DNA from: Phoronis australis
Taxonomy: Eukaryota; Animalia; Phoronida
Assembly (NCBI GenBank): GCA_002633005.1
Contig: NMRA01000185.1
Location: 531,399-595,398 of the forward strand
Length of the DNA: 64,000 nucleotides
Direction of reading: 5' to 3'
Below, piece after piece: positions 29,055 to 40,214 of the stretch; position 1 is the stretch's first letter; each line of letters opens with the position of its first letter. The position numbers were made by a program, and so were the translations under genes. The notes below the pieces were generated by a model that worked only from the letters and a program-made list of their open reading frames with translations, was not told the DNA's origin and made no database searches.

Positions 29055-29608
29055 AGCTGTATTTTGATCTTTTACTCTCATGAAATTGGTCCCATAATGT
29101 TCCACAGCACCAGTGAGAATTCTGTTCCTCAAGTTTCTGTCAAAGCAGACATGCGTTTTTGCAATTTTAGGGTTAGCCAACCCTAAAAACTCTCATTTTC
29201 ACAATTTCAGGGTTGGCCAACCCTAAAAACTCTCCCATTTTCACAATTTTAGGGTTGACAAACCCTAAAAGCTTTCCTATTTTCACAATTTTAGGATTAG
29301 CTAACCCTAAACTCTCATTTTCATAATTTTAGTGTTGGCCAACCTTAAACTCTCCTACTTTCACAATTTTAGGGTTGGCCAACCCTAAAAACTCCCATTT
29401 TCGCAATTATACAATGCCGGGTTGGACAACCCCAATAAATGGTTTCAAATTTTTTGCCAGTGTTTTCTTGAAGCTCAGATGGTTTCAATGTTGTGGCTGG
29501 TAACAAAAATAGAATCCTATCACACTAAGGAACATTATGAGACTAATTATGTGATAATACCTAATTTGATTTTTGTTTTTAGGCAACAAAATAATGTGAA
29601 ATGCAGCT
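29055..29608. mobile_element. Kolobok-like (TTAA-target) MITE carrying a minisatellite
   Basis: TTAA|AGCTGTATTT ... AAATGCAGCT|TTAA: short imperfect TIR, purine-purine start, TTAA on both sides. Confidence 0.55.
29156..29435. repeat. ~40-bp minisatellite, 6 full units plus 1 degenerate, with a palindromic core
   Basis: Unit approximately CATTTTCACAA-TTTTAGGGTTGGCCAACCCTAAAA-ACTCTC. The 24-bp core is a perfect palindrome in the best copy. Confidence 0.92.
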
Positions 29609-32139
29609 TTAAGCATATTCTCAGTATGGTATGTCAGCACGTAATTACGGCAGAACACAATATGGCCAACAAGTGAAATTCTATTTCGTCAAATTTCTTC
29701 ACAAAAATAATAACAAAAATTTAGTCTTTTACTAACATACCTTGTACTGTATCCTTTTCATAAAACAACATTTAGTACTTTCCACAAGTAGTTGTAGCAA
29801 AATCACCTTTCAAAAATGGAAAATGGCAAATTTGGCAATTATTTTTGGGCAAAATAAGACGAAATTTACTATATTGTGTTAGTCTGCAATTTCAATGCCA
29901 CTCGACACAAAAAATAACTCCCCACCGGCCGTACTACACTTGTAAAAAACAGACATATGGCGTTTCCCATGTATGGAAGAAACACAGGTGCTGCATCTAC
30001 ATGCATACTACACCAGCCCTGAGGGGGTCTCAAGTTCACAGCACAGGTAAAAAGTTCATCCATGCCTCTTGGGGCATTTTAAAAAATCTAGAGACAACGT
30101 GTTTGCCCTTTGGCAGTGTCACTGGTGGGTGATAATTTAATTCTAGCTTTTTTACGTGGAACCATCAGTGTAATCAGGTAAACAACTTGTACCTACATAT
30201 ATACCATATACGTCCAGGTTAACGCACACCCATGAGATTTCCAAGTATCCACTATCCCGCGACCATTTTCGCCTTCATGGAAACCTCCAATTTATACAAC
30301 GAAGAAGTGAACTCGCCAATTCAGAATTTCGGCTCACAAAAAGTACTCAGCTGGAAAAATCACTGTTTCACCTTACCTTATTTGGGCAGGAAAAACCATG
30401 CTGATTACTGAAGTAGACACGAGATGGTTCCTTTGGTTCATGTGCATTCTAATGTTTAAGTGCTGCGTACGTGAGCTACTTAACTTATCTTGTTGATCGT
30501 ATTTACAGATGTAAAGGTTTTCAAGCAGTTTTAGGGGAAAAGTAGGAAAAAATAGGACACATTTTCAAAAAAGTAGGAAGAAGTAGGAAATTTGAGCTGA
30601 AAATTAGGAAAAAGTAAAAACAAAACAGGCCCGAAGCCAGCATTGCACGGGGGATGGTACGAATTTCTAGAATGGTGGACCTTTGTCGCTTTGCAAAGGT
30701 TGAAACTGTAGTTTTCAGTAAGGCCCTTGACACAGCTCAATTAGGAGAAAGGAAAACATGTATACACAACTTAAAACTCTCAGCTCTATGATCCGAGATG
30801 AGATGGAAGTGAGAATGACGTAAGGGTAATGTTTGTAAAGAATGGGACTCCTGTTACCTTCAGCCAAAACGTTCATATCAGGCGTGCTTAAAGGATTGAT
30901 TACACTTCATTACATACTCGGATGTAATTTTTAGTCTGAGAATGACTTGATGAAGTTTTTTATGCATGCAAAAGTAAACGATAGATTGGTTATTAGATGC
31001 ATAAGTGTTGTACCTATACCAAAAACAACGTCTGAGTACTATTGATTTCATGCGCATACGAAATTGACTGCATGTCTTACAAACACGAAAAAATGAGTAC
31101 GTTCTTACATTTTTAAAAGGATGCCAAACTCAGTTTGGCTTATGGATAGGCACTAAAATGACTTTACCATTCAGTTCTCTGAAACAAAATAATGATTTGT
31201 AATCCTTGACAACCCTCAAAAGTTTTTTGAAAATTTTGAAAACTCCTTTCAGTTTCTAAACGGTCAAGCGTGACCTATGCTTTTTTGCGAATTACAAGGC
31301 AACTGTGGGAAGACCATCCACCAAGGACCATTATTGTCCAAACTGTGACATGGTTTGTATGAATTTTTAATTGATTCCTTCCTAAAAAGGATACCAAGCC
31401 CCTTTTATGATGATTTCTACCAATCACCTACCAATGAAGGAAAGGGGCTTTCATACTTGAAGGGTCCAAAAGAGGACCCAAAAATCCATTTAAATAAAAT
31501 TTCCAGAGTAACATCTATTTCAAGTTTATTTCATTCAAATCACCACTCAAATTAAAATGCTGCAACTTAACATGTGAAATTGTTTCAGGTTATTTAAATT
31601 AAGACGCCAATTAATTAACGACCAATTAATGATTTACTTAAACTTTTTAGTGCAACGAACACTTTCTTCTAAAAGATAGGTTAGTAACATATCCACAGCT
31701 TAAGGCGCGATTTTTCCAGGGGTTTGCAGATAAGACGGGGATAAGAAGACCCCCAAAAAGGAACGTTTCAATGTCGAAATATTTTTTTCATTGTACTGGG
31801 CAGTAAAATAGATGCAACAAATTTCCGTCACAATACACCAATTGGAAGCTGAGATTGAAATTTAGGAGGGTGGCGCCTCCACTAGGATATTCCGCAAGAA
31901 AATGTTGGTGCGAATCTTGTGGTCTACAATCTATGATGTAACAGACACATGGTGAGGGCCATAATGTTTCTAAACCCCAAGGCTGTTCACTTAAGAACTC
32001 AAGGTTGACAGCTAAACAGGGACAAAATGGCGCATAACTACCCAAGAATTGGCGAGTCTTTGCCTCCTTTTGTAAATGGTTGATACTTACAGGATCAGGT
32101 GAGCCTAGAACCAGGCCTAAGATCGTAATAATAATCCAC

Positions 32140-32213
32140 TTATTCATTGACCAAACCAGCAGTAGCCTGGTAGAACAGCAGTTTAATTGATATAACAGAG
32201 AGGTGAATACCAC
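32140..32213 (-). CDS. Coding part of exon 2 of a putative 86-aa protein (whole exon 32091-32213)
   Basis: Acceptor TCTCTCTGTATCCCCAG and donor CCT|GTAAGT. Read in phase 1 from the upstream exon it gives (G)GIHLSVISIKLLFYQATAGLVNE*, with TAA at 32140-32142. Confidence 0.5.
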
Positions 32214-33400
32214 CTGGGGATACAGAGAGAACAGGTGTGGTGAGTCTGTCCTTTAAATTGTATGACAAAACACCTGACATCAGATGAGGTACTACACCAG
32301 AAGGCTGATATATAAGAATGAATACCTTCTAGAACCATTCACTAAAGTGATGAAAAAATAATTAAGACTTTCCGCAATGACAGAAAATGCACACATATTT
32401 AACGGAATTTGCCTTCGTTAATGGAATTAGAGATTTCAAAAGGAATTTTCTTTTTCGGTAACGGATACCATAATGCTAATATTTTTGGTTCTTAATTACC
32501 CAAAATTAAGAATAAAACCCATCAAATTCAGCAATTCTGGACAAAAATCGATTAAGGATCATTTTACAGCAGACACTTTCAAGTGGTTGTCCATTTATTC
32601 AGAAGGTGGCTCTATTCTCTTCCGCTTTGAGAAATCATTAACATGGTGTGCACCAACCCATCAGTAGAGTGGAGCGGCCGCACAATTTAACAGAAAGAGT
32701 AAGGCACTATTTTTATGTCGTTTATCTTTTAAAACAGTAAAATGGAATTTGTTATGTTACATTTCAAAGTTGCTGAAAAAGAATTAGCCTAGTAATGGTG
32801 AGCCCATCACATTCTAGGAATACTGTCAGACGACTTGACTGTGGGTTTGTTTAAAAGGTAGCTATGCTTTGAGATTGTGCATAGATGGAGAGTGAATAAT
32901 TAAACCCAGTAATTAATTTACTGTATGACAAGCAAAAATTAGACAAATTAAACCTCTTGTTAATTAAGTAATCAACTACAAAGAAGAGTAACTACGCTAG
33001 CGCCCTCTTTATAAAGATTACTTCCATCAACCAAAATAATCAAATGTCTTATCTGCTATCCGAGCTAGGACTCTCCACTTGTTGGATGACTGTCCTGTTG
33101 GTGAATCTTCAAACTACACACACTGTATAGCGACAGTGTACTTGCTGGTCACCGTCTCCGGTGATGCAACACTTGCAGGCAATTTCTTCTACCCGCGATT
33201 CTTCTTGCTGGTCACAATCTCTGGCTGGTGACGCAACACTTTACTACCCACGATGCAAGTGACAAGCTCTTAGTTAACTTCCTCTTCATTAACCCTTGCC
33301 CTTGCCAAAATCCTTTCTAGAATCTTCCACGAGATGGCTCTGTCGTGCAATTTCTTCTGTACACTGTAGCAAGTCTTTATGCTTCAACTACTATAGCTCA

Positions 33401-33756
33401 TCTTTGTACGTTTCTTTTTTGTTGTCGATCCCAGCTCTAGCAGATGTTCATCATTGACAAAGCCAACTTCATTGTCCATTTCAGGCTGCAGTGCAGCTAT
33501 GGCTGCGATGTCAGATCTGCATAATCTCTACTTGCAGCCCCACTTTGGTCACGAGATATGTAGAGGTTCAACAGGTTGGCATGGTATGTCTTGGTCTTTC
33601 CACCAACCCTTACTCGGTAGTCCATTTTGTTGAGTTTACCTCGGTCACTTCATAGGGACCCCTCCACAGCAGTAGCAGCTTGTTACTGTCGGTTGGTAAC
33701 AATATAAAGACTTGGTCTCCTACTTTGAAGCAATGATCTCGTGTCTTTTTATCATA
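33401..33756 (-). pseudogene. Gypsy/Gmr1-like integrase C-terminal (GPY/F) fragment plus acidic linker
   Basis: YDKKTRDHCFKVGDQVFILLPTDSNKLLLLWRGPYEVTE, frameshift, KLNKMDYRVRVGGKTKTYHANLLNLY, frameshift, ...EMDNEVGFVNDEHLLELG. These match the GPY/F-domain motifs (F.VGD.V, W.GPY, YH.N.L). Confidence 0.85.
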
Positions 33757-35146
33757 CTGTGCTCGCCGTAATAACCGCCAATGCCCCTATAAGCGCTCCC
33801 ACGCGTTTTCAGACTTTGCTAAAATAAGCGCCCAGTCCAACTGAGCGTGTAGTGGGAAAAATGCATTACCTACAGTCCTAAAATTCTACAGTAATGTCTT
33901 CAATTTATCAATAATATCCGTCAGCCCTGTAAAAAATCATTGTGTGCAGAATTTGTAGACCACGAGCCTTGCTGCTATGTCGGTATTTAGCCATGACTAT
34001 ACACTTCATACTTCCGCCATGCCTCAAAACGAAGTTCAGCTGATATTGCGAGGACCAACGGTCTGGTCTTTCAGAACAGAAGTCGTGTACTTGTCTACGG
34101 GATTGCTTTGTAGATATTTCCTGCTTTCAACAGGAATCCAAATTTCTTTGTAGACCTACACGTGAAAACCGCGAATGGAAGACTAATAAAAAGCTTGGCC
34201 AGTGTTAAAAGCACGAGGCCAGGAAGCATGCGCTACATACATGAACCAGAGTGCTCAAAGATACTAGTTGGGAACTAACCATTCATGAAACGTGTAGCAT
34301 AGCATGGGCAAGAAATGAATATTGGCACTAATTTCTGATAGTTTCTAATACTATAAAAAAGGTTTGCGTTATTTTTAAGATGAATTGTTTGATTAGCCAT
34401 AATTGGTGTTTTTAAGCCAAATATCCGATAAAATGACCACTGACAGTGAATGCTTATCACACCCTCATACACCGAAAAATAACTGTCAGATAGTCACGTA
34501 TGCCCCATCCAGCCACACGGCGACTCATATGGCCTTACCGAGACAAACGTCGAACGTTTTTAGCCACATGAGACAGGCAAGTGCTGAATGAAACACGCTC
34601 TGGTTTAGGTCTACTGTTTGTACAAATTTCTTTAGATACAATGCACATCTAGCTCGTTAGATTGCGTGGCTCTGGCCAAGACGGTATCTGCTCTGGCAAA
34701 TGAACTCTGGTGACACACAAACGCAGACAACTTCAAAACAAACGTCACGTGACAACAATATGTGCGTTTGTACAGACATTTTTCTCATGTTGCCGATCAT
34801 ACATGTAGATGGCACGATGTACTAGCACAGATTTGTACTTAAACCTGCCGTGATCCCGACTCCACGGGAACTTAAAAATCTTAGGGACGCTACTTGGACA
34901 ACTTAAGGAGGATTTCAGGTAATTTGCTTGAGTCGAAACTGTATTTTTATTCAAGTATTCAAGTCGCCATATCGACGATTGCGAGGCAGGCAGTCGGCGA
35001 GTTTTTCACCCTGGGATTTCAGCACAATTTTCTGTAAAATGATCGTAATTTAGCACCACGGTTCTGTAGAAAGTCTTTTCATAGATTACAGATACGTCAC
35101 AGAGCGTAAATATGATGAATCTTAGCTTCCGATTTCACCCGTTTCG
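33757..35146 (-). mobile_element. Tc2/pogo-like family A copy 4, inserted at a TA in the integrase remnant; far end deleted
   Basis: TA|CTGTGCTCGCCGTAATAACCGCC is a mutated TIR. Collinear with 9681-11057 until it stops at GATTTCACCCGTTTCG. Confidence 0.85.
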
Positions 35147-37026
35147 TTCAACAAGGTGAGCTATAGTAGTTGAAGCATAAAGACTTGTTACAGTGTACAG
35201 AGGAAATTGTACGACAGAGCCATCTGGTGGAAGATTCTAGGAAGGATCTTGGCAAGGGCAAGGGTTAACGAACAGGAAGTTAACTAAGAGCTTGTCACTT
35301 GCATCGTGGGTAGTAAGATACTACCTGAAGTGTTGCGTCACCAGCCAGAGATTGTGACCAGCAAGAAGATTGTAAATCGCGGGTAGAAGAAACTGCCCGC
35401 AAGTGTTGCATCACCAGAGATGGTGACCAGCAAGTACACTGTCGCTATACAGTGTGTGCAGTTCGAAGATTCACCAACCGGACAGTCATCCAACAGGTGG
35501 AGAGTCCCAGCTTGGATAGCAGATAGGACATTTGATTATTTTGGTTGATTGATTGAAGTAATCTTTAAAGAGAGCGCTAGCGTAGTTACTCTTCTTTGTA
35601 GTTGATTACTTAATCAATAACAAGTTTCACTTGTCTAATTAGGGGTTATCATATAATAAATTAATTACTGGGTTTGATAATTCACTCTCCATCTACCGCA
35701 CAGTCTCAAAGCATAGTTACCTTGTGGCAAACTCACAGTCAATCGTCTGACAAATACTAAATATTAAAAGTATCCCAATAACAAACAATTACGAGTATAT
35801 TCTCAGAGAGCTTACACTTTTGCCCACAAGAGATGCAATTATTTTTCAAAAAAGTTGAGTAAAACCTGAGAGCAAATTTCAGTCTTAAGTCTTAACTCAT
35901 TCTTTACGTAACTGACTCTTGGCAGCAGCCTTGTTCCTAAGCCTTAAGATGACAATGATCAGCGCCATCTTGAGCTGTGGGGACGAGGCTGCACTGCCTA
36001 CAGCATTGGAAGGAGACCACTGGGTTCAAGTAATATGAGAAGTAATGACGTACGACACACTAATTAATGCTCCCTCAGCAATAAGTGGATGACACCTCTG
36101 GACATGGTGTACCCTTTTATTGTAAAGTAACATTAGTACCTCAGGGAGACATACTGCAGTATTAAATATGAATTTTGCCTCTCAATATAGGGAGATGCTA
36201 AAACAAGATATCAACTTGCCCTTTGTAAAAGTTCTCCAATTTAGGACACTGAAAATATATAATTTGCTCAAGGTTGGCAACGAGAAGTCATCACTTCTAA
36301 TCTAAATGAGAAGTCAGCCAAGGTAAGTGCTATTACGATAAGTGGTCTAAATCAGAGGTCGGTCTTTATGGTGGAAGGCAAGACATCGACCAGTAGGCAA
36401 TAATAGCCATTCCAAAATCACGAATGACCAGAAAGACAGCAAAATTACCCCCTTGCAGATTGTCCAAAATTTGAGAAATGTAATGAATGTCAACATTCTA
36501 CTCGTTCCAAATTCCAGAATCAAGAAAATTCAGTTTTTGCTGTACCTCCTTCACAAACCGGCTGAAACATCTAAGCATTTGCACTAGTCTAAGACCTTTT
36601 GGTAGTAGAAAAACGAAAGAAATGAGAACAAATACAAGTACTAAGTTGAAAAATGAGGCTCTTCACGGACCTTCCTCACAACTCCTCAGTATCGCACTGG
36701 TAAAAACAACACCCATTACAAACAAACTCAATAACAGATTTTTTTTTTATTTTTGGCTTGTTTCTTAGCAACAGGTATACTAAAGGCTATTAAATCTCTG
36801 AAGAAGTATTAATAAAATTCCTTTTGAGACACATAGTCATGGGGGGAACTCTTCAACTAGTGTTGCCCTGGAGTGTATTTGTTATTCCATAAAAATTAAC
36901 ATAAAAAGAAAAGGCCCACATCTTTTGTTTGCATTCACTACTTTTGAGCAAGCACAATGTATGACTGGCTATTGAACGCAGTCTGTATGTATGTTGATTT
37001 GACATAAAATTTGAAAGTTTTTTTAC

Positions 37027-37213
37027 CTGGTGAAAATTTCAATTTCACGAAGAACGTTGCTGCGACATCAACTTTTTTATTTACTCCCACTCTACAGGTC
37101 GCGCTTGTCGTCTGATTTGCACGAAATTCACACTCAACCTCTAGTTCAGGAATAGCTGGAAGCCCATTGTTTTTCGTGATTATCGCATTCAAGATGGTGG
37201 TTGTGGTAGTCAT
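37027..37213 (-). CDS. Coding exon 1 of a putative 86-aa protein (unrecognised family)
   Basis: ATG in A-rich context (AAACAAAATG). Translates MTTTTTILNAIITKNNGLPAIPELEVECEFRANQTTSATCRVGVNKKVDVAATFFVKLKFSP. Phase-1 donor CCAG|GTAAAA at 37025-37026. Confidence 0.5.
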
Positions 37214-40156
37214 TTTGTTTTCAAATTCAGATTCAAATGCTCATAGAGGCCCTAATTTTTTAAATACGTGGCTGAAAATCGGTATAATTATTTTAGCAGA
37301 TGTATACTACAGATGTACCATGTAATCAAAAGTGGGACATATGCATCTTGGATTCCGAGTCCACCAGGGAAGAAAATAGCAGCAAAAATGATTTTTATCG
37401 AGCCTGCCCAAAATGAAACAGGTAATAGAGGACATCATGTTGAAAGCAAAAAAGTACGAATAACCAGGCATTAATACAACAGTTTCCCGGTAAATATCAC
37501 CATCTATATCAAAACCAGGGGCATTCTGATGCTCTTCCAGGGTGCTTCAAAGACAGTTCAAAGTCAAAAGCGGGCGACATTGGACAACTCTGCATGGAAC
37601 ATTTTGGATCGCAAGATAAAGGATCTTTTAGGGCTACCTAAATGTCATGATCTTTCAACATAAAAATGATTCAGAACTATTTTCAGAGATGTTCAGAAAA
37701 ACAAAACATTCTAAAAAATATAAATTCAACAGAATTTACAGACGATTTATACACCACTTCCAATGTTCTTTAACTATGTCTTCACACTTTAACACAATTT
37801 TCCATATAACAACAAAGGAGATTTTACTACAAGTTAACACAATTCGCCAATGCCTGATCCAATTGATATGTACAAGCAGATGTTTCTTCAACACCAGCTG
37901 TCTAGACCTGGGCCAAAACCACAGAATTATATGTATTCACATACAGCACTGTAATCATATATAACTAACTGGGCATTCTGACTCCAAATAGAACACAACC
38001 ACACAAAGAAACCACACCAAGGTAACCCATTTCATCCAACCATCAGCTCTAAGCTTCCTGCCGCAAAAATGCAACCTATGATAAACAGTGTTTAGGATTA
38101 CCATGACTTATCTAATCAGTTTGCCAAGACTCCCCCTGTGGGCTTTGTCTACCCAAATTTGGCATAAGCAAGACATGATTTGAAGAGTAACCACTTAAGG
38201 TTCACAAAAGGTACCTTAATGTGGTATGATTTCAGAACAGAGGTTTTGATGCAAATATGAATTAATGGGAGGCACCCATCTCTTGGAGCAATGAAGGAAT
38301 ATGGTGACACCTATTGTTATTAAGTAAATGGCAAGCTTGGTGCATGGGTGGAAATATGCAAGGAAGGAAAGTGTTTTCATAAAAGAAGTCCTGACATTCT
38401 GAGTAAGCCTTTATTAAAATACTTGTTAAATGACAAGCAATTATACAATTAATAACAATTTCATTTCGTACCACGCCACAACAATAGCTCCCTGTACATG
38501 TATAAAATGCTCATTGTAACCAAAAATACCCATTAACTGTTAGTTTGGGACTAGAAACTGGAATGGAAGAGAACATTATCAATCACTGCTTCGTAAATGT
38601 AACAGTTCACTATAAGATAAAAATATTAAATTATGTAATTGTTGATAATTAAAGAATAAATGAAAACTTTTCATGAAAGAAGAAAACTAATATAGTCCTT
38701 TCAAATTCATAAACTTTGGTCGCAAAATCCGCCAACAAAAAACTATTGTCTCTACCACCAGAAGCAACTATTGGCCTTCAATGAAAGAAGGAGTATCCGT
38801 ACAATTCTTCTGGGAGTATTTTTAGGAAATATACGTATCTAATTGAATGTTAATCACACATGTAAATAAAGACTTCCTTGAAAGACACTATCAATATTAA
38901 AATATTGAAGTCAATCAAGAACAGTGCCCGGGTCAAAGGTCAAAAACAGTAGGTTTCCCAACTGAAACATTCACAAAATGTCTGCAGCTGAGTGGAAAGT
39001 GCCGTTATATAACTCACAGAGATCATCGACCTGCACAAGAACATAATTAGCAGGAGAAAATGACACTTCAATGCTGACTGCTTCTCAAGCCAGAATAGGT
39101 CAAACTCCTTCGAGACAACGACTTGCAAAGACTTGGAGAGAAGACCCAATTAATTGGATGACAGGGAAAACAAAGAATTTTAAGTCGGACAAATTGTCCG
39201 AGTGTCCGTCATTAATTGGTTTGAATAAGCTACATCTGAAGAAGAAAATTAGACAATAGCGCCCGTCACCGAGTGTCAAGAGAATTTTATACATCATGAT
39301 TAAACTAAAGGCTAATTGAGAAATTAATTTCTTAGTATCACTAGCCATATAAGGCCATTCCTAAATTTATTGCAAATTCTAACCTGAAATTTCAGAAACT
39401 TCATAACAATCACACTACGGCAGGTATCTCCTTACGTTTTTGCACAATGATCTTTTTCAGAGCAAACAAAACCTCTTGGTTGATGGAAGAAAACATATTC
39501 AGGAAACATTTAGAATTTTGACAGAGCAATCAAACCAACAAAAACCTACATTTTACTCAGGTTTACTGAAAGATAATATGCATAATTTTTGAAGCCGTTA
39601 TGAACCAGGTTCAGGTCTGGTGTCAAAAACAACTTTGTAGTTGCATTCACTCTTCCACTTCAAAGTCATAGCGTTTCTTTTCTTTTTTGAATTGAAACTG
39701 GCTTCAGTTGAGCCCTGTAATGTGGGGGCGCAAGCACATTGCTCTAGTTGCTGAATTTACTAACAAGAAACTCTAATGAACCTGATCTGATGCAATAGAG
39801 GCTGGCAGTTCTTTTCAAGCTGTGTTTACATGGGGAGCAGTAGTCATGGCGTTGAGTTGTCACAGTGCCACTTGTTCAACTTAAGTTGCATTTACACATT
39901 AGATTGCACACTGGATCATTTACATGAAGACTGCGCATGCTTGCATAAACAAAAGCGAATGTCCAAACTACGTAGAATGCTAGCGAATCACCCGTATCTA
40001 CATTGCTGCCCAAGTGTAACAGAGATGATCCCTTCTGACTTGCCCCAGTTTTGAGTTTCGATGTGTAGAGCAACTGATTGAGTGCAACTTGCTCTAACTC
40101 TCAAATTGGTGTCAAAATGGCAGCCGTGGTGTCAACTTCGTTTCATGTCAGCCATG

Positions 40157-40158
<2 letters not shown>

Positions 40159-40208
<50 letters not shown>
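40159..40208. repeat. (CA)25 microsatellite
   Basis: Uninterrupted CA run of 50 bp. Confidence 0.97.

Positions 40209-40214
<6 letters not shown>

Larger units (their letters stand above)
32824..35752. mobile_element. TG...CA element with long inverted LTR-like arms, 5-bp TSD and a Gypsy-type integrase remnant
   Basis: Arms 32824-33400 and 35157-35752 are reverse complements (roughly 85-95% by eye, with indels). Termini TGTCAGACG / CGTCTGACA. Direct repeat AATAC at 32819-32823 and 35753-35757. Confidence 0.85.

Noticed and set aside
29156-29435. CRISPR-like array of palindromic repeats
   Set aside because: The intervening 16-18-nt segments are near-identical rather than unique spacers, there are no cas genes, and the context is eukaryotic.
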